From an uncultured Eubacteriales bacterium (GTDB taxonomy: Bacteria; Bacillota; Clostridia; Oscillospirales; QAMX01), in the NCBI GenBank assembly GCA_934546935.1, contig CAKTEH010000001.1:44460-108459 (forward strand): a stretch of DNA of 64,000 nucleotides, in the 5' to 3' direction. Under the pieces are notes generated by a model. That model was given only the letters and a program-made list of their open reading frames with translations, was not told the DNA's origin and made no database searches. How positions within the stretch are numbered: position 1 is the stretch's first letter; every line of letters starts with the position of its first letter. This document shows positions 8,641 to 18,102 of the stretch, one piece after another. Both the position numbers and the translations under genes were made by a program.

Positions 8641-9198
8641 CTAAAACAATGACAATGTCTGCTGCCCGCGTAGAGGAAGATAAAAGAACAGCGCGGTTTC
8701 CTCTGCGGACGGTCCTGCGGCGTAAAGCATCCGGTCAATTCCGCCGAGGCGGAAACCATATTTTAGATAAAACCGGCAGGCAAGCAGATTTAGGTCCTGC
8801 GTTTCAAGATAAATGCCGAAAAGGCCGGATTCCTTTGCCCAGGCAGCTGCGGCATCCATCAGGCTGGTACCCAGCCCCTGCCCGCGGTATGCACGGTCAA
8901 CGGCAAGATCTTCGACAAAAGCCATCTCGTTCCAGCTTCGGCGTGTACGGATACTGCCGACGCAGCGCCCACTGCATATTGCCAAAAATGCAGCCTGATC
9001 CGGGTTTTCAAGATAGGCATCCGGATCATAGGTATCGCCCGGATAAGTCTTCTCACTGGGCGTCCCAAATATCTGTTCGGATATAGCCCAGTTTTCTCCA
9101 TCATAATGTGGGATCAAGCGCCCGATAATAGCGAAAGGTTCTTGCGGATGCGGAAGCAGCGGGCGTGTTGCCGCGCTGAATTGTACGATGGATTTCAT
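8641..9198 (-). CDS. GNAT acetyltransferase of the streptothricin/nourseothricin acetyltransferase (Sat/Nat) type
   Basis: Colinear by eye with Sat/Nat proteins. RSWNEMAFVEDLAVDRAYRGQGLG matches SxWNxRLTxEDIEVAPxHRGxGxG. YLETQDLNLLACRFYLKYGFRLGGIDRMLY matches LWLExTNVNAPAIHAYRRMGFxxCGLDxALY. The C-terminal ETALFFYLPL matches E.ALYMSMP. Confidence 0.65.
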   Translation of the reverse strand: MKSIVQFSAATRPLLPHPQEPFAIIGRLIPHYDGENWAISEQIFGTPSEKTYPGDTYDPDAYLENPDQAAFLAICSGRCVGSIRTRRSWNEMAFVEDLAVDRAYRGQGLGTSLMDAAAAWAKESGLFGIYLETQDLNLLACRFYLKYGFRLGGIDRMLYAAGPSAEETALFFYLPLRGQQTLSLF

Positions 9199-9463
9199 AG
9201 CCCATTCCTCTCTTGTATTGTATTTTGGAATTTGATCTGTCTAAACGGGCACGGGTGCAGGCCTTTACGCCCATTATACAGCAAAAACAGCAGGATATCC
9301 AGGTTTTTTCCAGGTTTATCCCGCTTCCGGTCCGCTGTGTTAAAATTCCGCAAATTTTTTTTGAATTCCCCATTGCAAAAGCCCTCAAAATAAGGTAAGA
9401 TAAATTCCGTTATTATTTATCATGATATATATGAAAAAAAGTAATGTATTAGGGGATGTACAT

Positions 9464-10933
9464 ATGACAACGGAGCTGGTTGTATTTTTAATTTATCTGG
9501 TTTTTATGATCGGTATTGGCGTATTCTTTTTCCTGCGTTCCAAAGGCGGGGATGAGAAGATGTATTTTCTGGGCGGCCGGAAGATGGGCGCATGGGTGTC
9601 CGCGCTTTCGGCTGGAGCCAGCGACATGAGTGCATGGGTTTTGATGGGGCTTCCGGCTTCGATTTATGCATTGGGGATCGGCCAGGCCTGGATTGCCATT
9701 GGTCTGGCGGTTGGATATGCGATGAGCTGGATTTTTGAAGCGCCGCGCCTGCGCCGTTTTTCTATTGTTGCAAACGATTCGATTACGATCCCACAGTATT
9801 TAACCAATCGTTTCCTTTCAAAATCGCGCGCACTGCAGATCATCTGTGCGGTCATTTTTCTTTTCGCTTATACAATTTATGCTGCATCCAGTATCAAGGC
9901 CTGTGGTACGCTGTTTCATACGGTTCTTGGCATTGACGCATCGCTTGCTATGTATCTGTCTGCGTTTATTATTGTCGCTTATACGTTCCTGGGCGGCTTC
10001 TCCGCTGTGTGTTGGACAGACTTTTTCCAGGGCCTTTTGATGCTTGCCGCGCTTTTGGTTGCTCCGATTTTTGCGTTGGCGCTTTACAGCGCGGGTGAAG
10101 GCGCAACGGCGAGTGTAAGTTATCCGGCGCACTACTGGAGCCTGCTGTCCACCGGTAAGTTGGACTGGGGCAGTATTTCCGACATTCTTTCCGGGCTTGG
10201 ATGGGGCCTTGGCTATTTTGGAATGCCGCACATCATTATCCGTTTTATGTCTCTGAGATCCCAGCGGGAGCTGCGCAAATCCAGTGTAATTGGGATTTGC
10301 TGGACCACGCTGATTCTGATCTTTTCTGTTGCGGCCGGCTGTATCGGCCGGGCCTTTCTTGGCGAAATTGCGGATTCCTCCATTGTATTTATTACTATGG
10401 TCCGGCGGATTTTCCCGGCGGTTATTTCTGGTATCCTGCTTTCGGCAATCCTGTCCGCATCTATGTCTACGGCGGACAGCCAGCTTCTTGCGTCTGCCTC
10501 AGCTTTTGCCAGTGATGTATATAAGCCGGTTTTCCGCAGGAAAGCCAGCGACAGGGAAATGCTTTGGGCCGGCCGCTTTGTTGTTATAGCAATTTCTGTG
10601 ATCGCGGTTATTATTGCGGCCAACCCAGGCAGCGGTACAATTATGGGACTGGTTGAGAATGCATGGGGCGTATTTGGCGCGGCGTTCGGCCCGGTAATCC
10701 TGCTTTCCCTGTTTTGGCGGCGTTTCAATTTTGCAGGAGCGGTTGCAGGGATCCTGGCGGGTGCGGCCGTGGATATCCTATGGCTGGCGGTGTTCAGTTC
10801 CACGGGTATTTATGAAATTATCCCCGGTTTCTTTGCCGGGCTTGCGGTTGCAGTACTTGCTTCGTTGGCGACGAAGGCGCCGGGAAAGGAAGTTGAAGCG
10901 CTGTTTGACCGTGCTGTAAAATCGGATGTGTAA
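9464..10933 (+). CDS. putP: Sodium/proline symporter (SSF family)
   Basis: ORF 9422..10933. The start MTTELVVFLIYLVFMIGIG at 9464 follows AGGGGA. FLGGRKMGAWVSALSAGASDMSAWVLMGLP is typical of PutP. Multi-TM throughout. Confidence 0.85.
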   Translation: MTTELVVFLIYLVFMIGIGVFFFLRSKGGDEKMYFLGGRKMGAWVSALSAGASDMSAWVLMGLPASIYALGIGQAWIAIGLAVGYAMSWIFEAPRLRRFSIVANDSITIPQYLTNRFLSKSRALQIICAVIFLFAYTIYAASSIKACGTLFHTVLGIDASLAMYLSAFIIVAYTFLGGFSAVCWTDFFQGLLMLAALLVAPIFALALYSAGEGATASVSYPAHYWSLLSTGKLDWGSISDILSGLGWGLGYFGMPHIIIRFMSLRSQRELRKSSVIGICWTTLILIFSVAAGCIGRAFLGEIADSSIVFITMVRRIFPAVISGILLSAILSASMSTADSQLLASASAFASDVYKPVFRRKASDREMLWAGRFVVIAISVIAVIIAANPGSGTIMGLVENAWGVFGAAFGPVILLSLFWRRFNFAGAVAGILAGAAVDILWLAVFSSTGIYEIIPGFFAGLAVAVLASLATKAPGKEVEALFDRAVKSDV

Positions 10934-10999
10934 AATAGAGTCATGTTTCCTTCCGGTCAGGCGCAGATAATGCCGGCCCTAGAGGGAAAAAACCAGAAT

Positions 11000-11046
11000 A
11001 AAACCGTCCTGTCAGGATAAGCAGCATTCTGACAGGACGGTTTTTA
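11000..11046. terminator. Bidirectional terminator between putP (+) and the PPTase (-)
   Basis: AAAACCGTCCTGTCAG gataagcagcatt CTGACAGGACGGTTTTT: 16-bp stem flanked by A/T runs. Confidence 0.75.
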
Positions 11047-11103
11047 TACTTTTTATAGGATGTTTGTATTATAGCCCGATTGGGGCCGGGTTCTGGCGGC
11101 AAA

Positions 11104-11718
11104 TCATAAGTGCACAGTTAAAATCTGAAGGTCCATCTGTGTGTCCTGCACGCAGACGGCTGCTGCAAAGCCCTGTATGGGAAGATAGGCGCGCAGATTC
11201 CAGCCTGCCGCGTTATTTTCGCCATTAGGAAGGGCCCAGAAATCCGTCCCAACTCCAGAAAGGCCGATTCCCAGCGCTTTTCCGTATGCTTCCCGCAAAC
11301 ACCAGATCTGTGCCGCCGCTGCATGGCGCTGCTGCGGTGTGCATCTGGAAAGGAAGGCGCACTCAATCGGATGGAAAAAACGGGTACAGACGGCTTCGCT
11401 GACCCGGCCCACCGCTTCCAAATCCGCACCGCAGGGTTTGCAGTACGCTGCGCACAGGACATAGCCGCGTGCGTGTGAAAGCGAAAAATGGAAATCCGGA
11501 TACTTAGGGAAATAAGGCTTCCCGGCTGCTGTACGCGGATAATCGAAGGGATATTTTTCTCCGGGAAAGGCATGGGCAAATGCATGCCATAAAAGCGCTT
11601 CCGCACCGCGTTTTTGCCGGATTAATGAGGGATTGCGCAGTGCCTCCAGTTCCTGAAAGCGCACGTGGGAACAGGGCGCATTTTCAGGCAGGGATACAAG
11701 ATCAAGAAGGTAAATCAT
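11104..11718 (-). CDS. 4'-phosphopantetheinyl transferase, Sfp type
   Basis: FSLSHARGYVLCA, GADLE, and WCLREAYGKALGIGL (the W..KEA..K motif). The ATG overlaps the upstream ABC gene stop (ATGA at 11715-11718). Confidence 0.8.
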   Translation of the reverse strand: MIYLLDLVSLPENAPCSHVRFQELEALRNPSLIRQKRGAEALLWHAFAHAFPGEKYPFDYPRTAAGKPYFPKYPDFHFSLSHARGYVLCAAYCKPCGADLEAVGRVSEAVCTRFFHPIECAFLSRCTPQQRHAAAAQIWCLREAYGKALGIGLSGVGTDFWALPNGENNAAGWNLRAYLPIQGFAAAVCVQDTQMDLQILTVHL

Positions 11719-13622
11719 ACGCCTGCATACCGATCGATATCGTCGTTTTGCAGCTCAAGCTGTGCCTGCGCTTCGAGACCTGCCAGCCCCATCTGCGCCG
11801 TATACATCTTATAATAGAACCCGCCCAGCGCCATCAGTTCTTCATGTGTGCCGCGTTCCACAATATGCCCGCCTTCGACAACCATAATTACATCCGCGTC
11901 ACGGATGGTGCCAAGCCGGTGTGCGATGACAAAGGTTGTGCGGCCGCGCATCAGCTCAGCCATGACCTTTTGGATGTGCATTTCTGTACGTGTATCAATG
12001 TTGGACGTAGCTTCATCGAGAATCAGGATTGGCGGGCTTGCCAGTACTGCACGGGAAATGGCCAGCATTTGGCGCTGGCCGGCGGAAAGATTCTGCCCGT
12101 TATCAGCGATAACGGTGTCATAACCGTTTTCCAGCCGGGAGATAAAGCTGTCCGCGCCGGCAATTCGTGCTGCTTCGATAACCTCTTCGTCTGTTGCATC
12201 GAGCTTGCCGTAGCGGATATTGTCACGGATGCTGCCTTCAAACAGATAGGTTTCCTGCAAGACCACGCCGAAGGTAGATCGGATGAAATCACGTGTATAG
12301 TCGCGCAGGTCAACACCGTCCAGCGTAATGGACCCGCTGTCGATATCGTAAAAGCGGGTTAAAAGGTTAATAATCGTCGTTTTTCCAGCGCCGGTCGGCC
12401 CGACAAATGCCGCACGCATGTGGGGACGGATATCAAGGGAAACGCCGTCAAGGACCCGGACGTCTTCGCGGTATCCAAAGCTGACATTGTGAAATTCCAC
12501 GTGCCCCACCGTGTTGTGTGAAGCAACTGCGCCGGGCCGGTCTGCCGTTTCTTCCGGTTCCGACATGATTTCAAAAACCCGCTCCGCGCCGGCAATGGCA
12601 GAAAGGAAGTTGTTATAAGTGTTGGCAAGCTCGTTAAGCGGCCTGGTGAATTGTTTGGCGAGACTGACAAATGATGCAATAACGCCGACGGAAAGGACTT
12701 CATGAATGCACAATACGCCGCCTATGGCGCTTATAAGCGCGTAGCCGAAGTTGTTGATTACATTAAGCACCGGCATCACAAACCCAGACCAGATATGCGC
12801 GCGTGTGCCGACGGCCCGCAGCGATTCGCTCAGTGCGTCAAAGCGGGCGACAACCTGCGCTTCCCGTCCATAAGCACGTACTGTCTGGATCCCGGTAATG
12901 GATTCCTCAATGTGGCTGTTGAGCTCCCCGAGATAGGCCTGCTGCTCGCGGAAGTAACGTCCAGTGCGTTTGGTTACGATTTTTGTCATCAGATAGATCA
13001 GCGGCGTCGTCAGCAGTACAGTAACCGCAAGGATCGGGCTGAGCAAGAACATGGAAATCAATGTCCCGAGGATTGTCAGGCTTCCGGAAATCAGCTGGGT
13101 AACGGACTGGGCAACAGAACCGGAAATATTGTCCATGTCATTTGTCAGGCGGCTCATAATATCCCCTGACTCATGGGTGTCGAAAAAGGCCAGCGGCAAT
13201 TTCTGCAGTTTGGCGAATAATTCTGTGCGCAGGCGGTTGACGAACTGCTGGGACACGCCGGCCATGATGTAGCCGCGCAGGAAAATCAGGATCAGGTCAG
13301 TCAGATAGACAACAGCAAGCACAAGGATGATTTTGTGAAGCAGCCCAAAATCGGCCTGTCCGGCTGCGAGCCCCATTGCATCGACAATTTTGCCTACGAG
13401 GATCGGGATTGCGATACCCAGCGCTGAAACTGCCGCTGCAATGCCCACAACAAGGAAAAGCCAATATTTCAGGTTCCCCATGAAGTGCCACAGCATTTTG
13501 CAGGTACCTTTGAAATCTTTGGCATGGCGCACCGGCGCGCCGCGCATGCGCCCGCCGCCACCGCCCATACCGCGCATACCGCCGATTGACGCGCGGGCAT
13601 CAGATTGATACTTATCCATCAA
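11715..13622 (-). CDS. ABC exporter, fused permease/ATPase subunit (type I exporter half-transporter)
   Basis: N-terminal 6-TM domain. Walker A GPTGAGKTT, signature LSAGQRQ, Walker B ILILDEATS, H-loop AHRL. Confidence 0.9.
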   Translation of the reverse strand: MMDKYQSDARASIGGMRGMGGGGGRMRGAPVRHAKDFKGTCKMLWHFMGNLKYWLFLVVGIAAAVSALGIAIPILVGKIVDAMGLAAGQADFGLLHKIILVLAVVYLTDLILIFLRGYIMAGVSQQFVNRLRTELFAKLQKLPLAFFDTHESGDIMSRLTNDMDNISGSVAQSVTQLISGSLTILGTLISMFLLSPILAVTVLLTTPLIYLMTKIVTKRTGRYFREQQAYLGELNSHIEESITGIQTVRAYGREAQVVARFDALSESLRAVGTRAHIWSGFVMPVLNVINNFGYALISAIGGVLCIHEVLSVGVIASFVSLAKQFTRPLNELANTYNNFLSAIAGAERVFEIMSEPEETADRPGAVASHNTVGHVEFHNVSFGYREDVRVLDGVSLDIRPHMRAAFVGPTGAGKTTIINLLTRFYDIDSGSITLDGVDLRDYTRDFIRSTFGVVLQETYLFEGSIRDNIRYGKLDATDEEVIEAARIAGADSFISRLENGYDTVIADNGQNLSAGQRQMLAISRAVLASPPILILDEATSNIDTRTEMHIQKVMAELMRGRTTFVIAHRLGTIRDADVIMVVEGGHIVERGTHEELMALGGFYYKMYTAQMGLAGLEAQAQLELQNDDIDRYAGV

Positions 13623-15367
13623 AGCGCCTCCCTTCCACAGACCGCCTGCGCCAGCGCTTCACGGCCATACTGGCTTGCATAGATATCCCGGTAAACCTGC
13701 GAACTTTGCAGAAGCTCCTTATGGGTGCCAACGCCGTCGCAGACGCCGTCGTCCAAAACAACGATTCGGTCGCAATCAAGGATGGAGCTGATTTTCTGCG
13801 AAATGATCAGCAGGCCGCGTTTGTGCGCCTCTTCTGCCAATGCATCCCGGATTGAGGCTTCCGTTAGTGCATCGACTGCGCTGAGACAGTCATCGAGGAT
13901 CAGGATTTTTGGCTTTTTAATCAGTGCGCGTGCAATTGCGACGCGCTGGCGCTGCCCGCCGGAAAGGTTGACGCCGCTATGCCCAAGCATAGTATCATAG
14001 CCCTCCTGGAAGCTTTGAATAAACCCGTCGGCCTGCGCTGCCTGCGCCGCGGTACGCACCTGTTCCATATCTGCGTCTTCATTTCCCCAGCGGATATTCT
14101 CAAGGATGCTGCCGGTGAACAGTGTAATGCGTTGGGTTACGACGGCGAGATGGTCCCGGACCTCGGCAGGGGAACAGCGCGTTGCATCCGCACCGAAAAT
14201 GCTGACGCGTCCTTCGCTTGGCTGGTAAAATTGTAGGATCAGGGAAATCAGCGTCGTCTTTCCGGAACCGGTCGAACCGATAACGCCGACTTTTTCGCCG
14301 ACACCGCAGGAAAAGCTGAGATTTTTCAGAGCGGGCTTTTTGCCGCGGTAAGAGAAACTGACATTTTCGAAACGAATTCCCTGTTCCAAATCAAGCGGCT
14401 CCGGATCGGACGGGTTGAGCTGAAGGCGGGCAGAGCTTAAGACCTCATTGATTCTGGCAACGCTGGCCTTAACACGGACAACCCGGTTAAAAATATTGGA
14501 AATCATATTCAGGGACATCAGTATCTGCGTCATATAAGAATAAAACGCGATAATATCGCCGCTTTGCATCGCACCATCATTGACCAGCGTGCCGCCGCGG
14601 GTAAAGATCATCACAATGCCGAAATAAATAATCAGCGTTACAGTTGGGTTGAAGACGGAGATCACGCGCGCGGCATGTACAGAGGTGCGCCGCAGTTCCT
14701 CGTTGGGTACGGCAAAACGGGCAACCTCGTATTTAAAGCGGTTAAATGCCTTGACTACGCGCACGCCGGACAGATATTCACGCATAACGGTATTGACACG
14801 GTCCAGCGCAGCCTGGACTTTGGCATAGAGCGGGAACCCAATGCGCAGGTTCAGATAAATCACAAGGAAGATAACCGGGATCAGGCACAGCGGGATAATG
14901 GCCAGGCGCGCATTGATGCGAAAAGCCATAATGACACTGCCAATACACAGGATCGGCGCACGAATGAATGCACGCATCATACTGTGAGAAAGGTTCTGGA
15001 TTTGGGTGACATCGTTGGTCATGCGCGTCATCAGGGTGCCGGTTCCAAAACGGTCCAGCTCATCCGGCGCAAGCGTCTGGATTTTCCGGTATAAATCGGA
15101 GCGCAGCATGTAGCCGACGCGTTCGGAACCCATGCTGGAAAAAACGGAGCGCCCAACTGCGGCAAAGCCGGTTACAGCGACGATGGCAATCATCACCGCG
15201 GCCGTGCGCAGTACGTAGGGCATGTCGTGGTTGGCAATCCCAATATCTACGATATCGCTCAAAAGCGAGGGCTGCAAAAGATCCGCGACCGTTTCAGCTA
15301 CGACGCACAGGACGGAAAGCAGGTATACCGGCCATACTTTTTTCAGGTATGTAAGCAGTAGTTTCAA
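13619..15367 (-). CDS. ABC exporter, fused permease/ATPase subunit (partner half-transporter)
   Basis: TM domain, then GSTGSGKTT, LSGGQRQR and ILILDDCLS. There is a 4-nt overlap with the downstream ABC gene, consistent with a heterodimer. Confidence 0.9.
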   Translation of the reverse strand: MKLLLTYLKKVWPVYLLSVLCVVAETVADLLQPSLLSDIVDIGIANHDMPYVLRTAAVMIAIVAVTGFAAVGRSVFSSMGSERVGYMLRSDLYRKIQTLAPDELDRFGTGTLMTRMTNDVTQIQNLSHSMMRAFIRAPILCIGSVIMAFRINARLAIIPLCLIPVIFLVIYLNLRIGFPLYAKVQAALDRVNTVMREYLSGVRVVKAFNRFKYEVARFAVPNEELRRTSVHAARVISVFNPTVTLIIYFGIVMIFTRGGTLVNDGAMQSGDIIAFYSYMTQILMSLNMISNIFNRVVRVKASVARINEVLSSARLQLNPSDPEPLDLEQGIRFENVSFSYRGKKPALKNLSFSCGVGEKVGVIGSTGSGKTTLISLILQFYQPSEGRVSIFGADATRCSPAEVRDHLAVVTQRITLFTGSILENIRWGNEDADMEQVRTAAQAAQADGFIQSFQEGYDTMLGHSGVNLSGGQRQRVAIARALIKKPKILILDDCLSAVDALTEASIRDALAEEAHKRGLLIISQKISSILDCDRIVVLDDGVCDGVGTHKELLQSSQVYRDIYASQYGREALAQAVCGREAL

Positions 15368-15409
15368 TGTTCTGTATCTCCTTTAAAAATGGACTGCGCC
15401 GTCCGGCGC

Positions 15410-15715
15410 TTAAAACAGGAAGGAAAACCATCCGGGTTGTGTGCGGATCCAGAAAAAAAGCGCAAGCCCGATTTGTGCAGACAGGATCAGCGGAATGCCG
15501 ACGGTGAATTTTTTATGCAGGGTCTTGTGATGGAAGACCCGCATGCCCAAAAGCGCGCCGATGCTGCCGCCAATAGCGGCGGTTAAAAGCAAAAAGTTTT
15601 CAGAAATCCGCCAGGCATGCTTTTTCGCCTTGAATTTATCCAGCCCATAGGTGAAAAATGCAAACAGATTAACTGCCGCAAGATATACGGCAGCGAAGAC
15701 CCACCAGTTTTTCAT
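15410..15715 (-). CDS. DUF1294-family small membrane protein
   Basis: 101 aa. YGLDKFKAKKHAWRISE..LL..A.IGGSIGALLGMRVFHHKT.HKKF matches the DUF1294 signature as I recall it. Confidence 0.65.
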   Translation of the reverse strand: MKNWWVFAAVYLAAVNLFAFFTYGLDKFKAKKHAWRISENFLLLTAAIGGSIGALLGMRVFHHKTLHKKFTVGIPLILSAQIGLALFFWIRTQPGWFSFLF

Positions 15716-16281
15716 TGCGTATTCCCACTAAGCCCCAGTGCATCGCTGTACCGGCGCATGCCCTCGATGCACAGCTGCATTACGTCCCCGGGCTCCATAT
15801 CCAGCATTTCGCAGCCCCTCAGGATCAGCTCGCGGCCGCATTTTGCAGCGAAGCGCCGGTCTTTGAATTTTTTCTTCAGGCTCGAAAGGCCGAGATCGGA
15901 AATGCCGGTTGGGCGCATCAGCGCCGCAGCAGAAATAATCCCGGTCAGTTCGTCAACGGTATATAGGCATTTCTCCATCGGGCTTAGCGGCTCCACATCG
16001 CTGCATATACCCCAGCCATGCGACTCAATTGCCCGCAAATCGGCTTCATCCAGCCCATAGGGCGCCAACAGCTCGCGTACATGACGGCAATGTTCGTCCG
16101 GATAGCGTTCGAAATCCACGTCATGGGCATAACCGACTGCCGCCCAATGCGCCGGGTCTTCTCCGAAATGGCCGGCCATGGCTTCCATCGCGGCGCTGAC
16201 CGCCTGCGCATGACGCAGCAGATGTTCCTCGTGTACGTTTTTTGCCACCGCGTCGTGCGCGATGTCCATTGTGATCTGCAT
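15712..16281 (-). CDS. HD-domain metal-dependent phosphohydrolase
   Basis: 189 aa. LLRHAQAV...GYAHDVDFE contains the H...HD motif. There is a 4-nt overlap with the downstream gene. Confidence 0.7.
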   Translation of the reverse strand: MQITMDIAHDAVAKNVHEEHLLRHAQAVSAAMEAMAGHFGEDPAHWAAVGYAHDVDFERYPDEHCRHVRELLAPYGLDEADLRAIESHGWGICSDVEPLSPMEKCLYTVDELTGIISAAALMRPTGISDLGLSSLKKKFKDRRFAAKCGRELILRGCEMLDMEPGDVMQLCIEGMRRYSDALGLSGNTQ

Positions 16282-16667
16282 ATTCTGCCTCCTGATGGGT
16301 TTTTAAGATTCGAAAGGGCTGTCTTAATGATCCGTTTTTACCTGACGCGGGCGCATACCTGCCGGCTGTCCATTATTTTGTATTCCGGCAGCGCAGGCGG
16401 CATATCGGGCGGACAGGGAAAATGCTGTAAACGTGTATGCAGCCTGTTCCCCGCAGATGTGCGCCTGTCAGGTAAACGGAAAATAAAGAAAAGTAGGGAC
16501 AATAATGAAAAACGTGTAAAAAGCTTTTCAGCCGGAGAAAAATCCAGTATAATAAAAACAGCATACACAAAAACGTCTGTTTCCGGACGTCTTTGTTTCT
16601 GCGCTTTACCGGCCTTGACAAGGCTGGCGGCATAAAAACTGAAGCAGGCAAAAGGAGAGAATGAAAG

Positions 16668-17111
16668 ATGATATCCTGTCTTGGAAAACACACCGGTAGG
16701 GTGTTGGTTATCGCGCTGGAGCGCGGCGAGCTTCTGCTGGAAAGCATTGAAGAAGAATGCCGGAAGGCGGGTTTCCAGTATGCAACTGTGGAAACCGCGG
16801 TCGGTACCCTGCAAAAAACGGTTTATCACCGTGTTTTAACCCTCGAACGCAAATCGACGCAGTATTTCGAAACGCTGGAAACCCCGATTGAGCTTGGAAA
16901 TATCGACGGTATTATTGCTGAAGGCCATGCGCACCTGCATTTCGCCGCCTCTGACCCTGAAAAAAGCTATGTTGCCCATCTGGAGTACGGCTGCGAAGTG
17001 CTTTACCTTGCAGAAATCGTATTGGCCGAGCTGGAGCCGATGCCCATCGGACGCCGCAAAAACGAACTTGGCCAAAATCTTATGGCCCGCCTTGACGGGG
17101 AAAAAGAATAA
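16668..17111 (+). CDS. PPC (DUF296) domain protein
   Basis: 147 aa. The pattern GRVLVIALERGELLLESIEEECRKAGFQYATV....G.L..........HAHLHFAASD resembles PPC/DUF296 proteins. Confidence 0.5.
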   Translation: MISCLGKHTGRVLVIALERGELLLESIEEECRKAGFQYATVETAVGTLQKTVYHRVLTLERKSTQYFETLETPIELGNIDGIIAEGHAHLHFAASDPEKSYVAHLEYGCEVLYLAEIVLAELEPMPIGRRKNELGQNLMARLDGEKE

Positions 17112-17115
17112 CCGC

Positions 17116-17153
17116 AAAAAGCGCAGACGGACAGGCTTCCGCCTGCGCTTTTT
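17116..17153. terminator. Bidirectional terminator between the PPC gene (+) and marR (-)
   Basis: AAAAAGCGCAG acggacaggcttccgc CTGCGCTTTTT. Confidence 0.65.
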
Positions 17154-17697
17154 ATTCAGCGCCGCGCCGGCCTTCCCCGGGCGCTTCCGGGCCTTCCCCG
17201 GGCGCGTCCGCGTGATAGCGGTGCTTCCAGTCTGCATTGAGCTTTTCCAGCAGCCTAAGCAGGACGTCTTTTTCTTCCTCGGACAGGCAGGAAAACATCT
17301 CCTGCCGCCGCGCCTGTGCCTGCTGCGCCGCAAGCTGCGCCTGTGCAAGCCCCTGTGGCGTCAGGCGGATGTCGCTGGTGCGGCGGTCGTCGGGATTAGG
17401 CGTGCGCAGGATCAGCCCGGCAGTTTCAAGCTTTCCAATCACCTCGCTGACAGAACCGGGCTGCACGCCCAGGCGGCCTGTCAGCGCGTGCTGGGTTATG
17501 CATCCGGATTCCTCGATCAGCCGAAGAATCCGCTTCTGGCTTGCCCGGCCCTCGGAAAGCGCGCGGATCGTGCGTCCAAGGCCGCGGATATTGCGCAGAA
17601 GCTGGCGGTTTTTGTCCGGCGCCTGCGGCGCGCGCAGGCCTTGCGCGGCTTCCGCTTTCCGGTTGGGTTTGCAGCGGGCGGCGTTTTCCGAATCCAT
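17152..17697 (-). CDS. MarR-family transcriptional regulator
   Basis: ORF 17152..17817. The start MDSENAAR at 17697 follows AAGGGGGA. Winged-HTH core: ILRLIEESGCITQHALTGRLGVQPGSVSEVIGKLETAGLILRTPNPDDRRTSDIRLT. Confidence 0.8.
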   Translation of the reverse strand: MDSENAARCKPNRKAEAAQGLRAPQAPDKNRQLLRNIRGLGRTIRALSEGRASQKRILRLIEESGCITQHALTGRLGVQPGSVSEVIGKLETAGLILRTPNPDDRRTSDIRLTPQGLAQAQLAAQQAQARRQEMFSCLSEEEKDVLLRLLEKLNADWKHRYHADAPGEGPEAPGEGRRGAE

Positions 17698-17723
17698 GCC
17701 AAAATCCCCCTTAAAAATGCTTA

Positions 17724-17769
17724 GGTACCTTGACATCATAGCACGCCGCCGGGTAAATGTCAAGGTACC
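17724..17769. promoter_or_regulatory. Candidate MarR operator: 13-bp perfect inverted repeat
   Basis: GGTACCTTGACAT (17724-17736) and ATGTCAAGGTACC (17757-17769), separated by 20 bp. It lies 27 bp upstream of the marR start codon. Confidence 0.45.
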
Positions 17770-17922
17770 GAACAAAACGGGAATACGGCCGCCCCGTTTG
17801 GAATCGACGGCGGCCACCCAAAGTATCTCCTTCTCAGGGATGCATATGCCAGAGGGAATAATAAAGGAATAAAAAACAATCCATATTGCAGAGTTCCTGT
17901 TGCGTAAGGATTTCTAAAAACC

Positions 17923-17978
17923 CAAAGCGCGGGCGCGCAGCAAACCGGGAAATCCGGATGCCGCGCGCCCGCGCTTTG
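17923..17978. other. Long GC-rich hairpin (16-bp perfect stem) of unknown function
   Basis: CAAAGCGCGGGCGCGC (17923-17938) pairs with GCGCGCCCGCGCTTTG (17963-17978). The loop contains a mini-hairpin CCGGgaaatCCGG. Confidence 0.6.
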
Positions 17979-18048
17979 TGCGGCGTTTGCCGCATATTCC
18001 CGCCTCGGGCGAAAAAAACCAAAATCCCCGTTTTTTTGCGCGGGGGTA

Positions 18049-18077
18049 TTGCTTTTTTTCAAAATATAAACTATAAT
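18049..18077 (+). promoter_or_regulatory. Near-consensus sigma-A promoter driving the non-coding repeat region
   Basis: TTGCTT, 17 nt, TATAAT. No credible ORF follows for ~880 nt. Confidence 0.55.
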
Positions 18078-18102
18078 ATTCCACATAGGAATGCGGATGC
18101 AT

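Noticed and set aside
16282-16667. 385-bp divergent intergenic region between the HD operon and the PPC gene, considered as a possible riboswitch or small gene
   Set aside because: I found only weak hairpins and no motif I could assign. The ORFs there (for example 16018-16635) are compositionally implausible.
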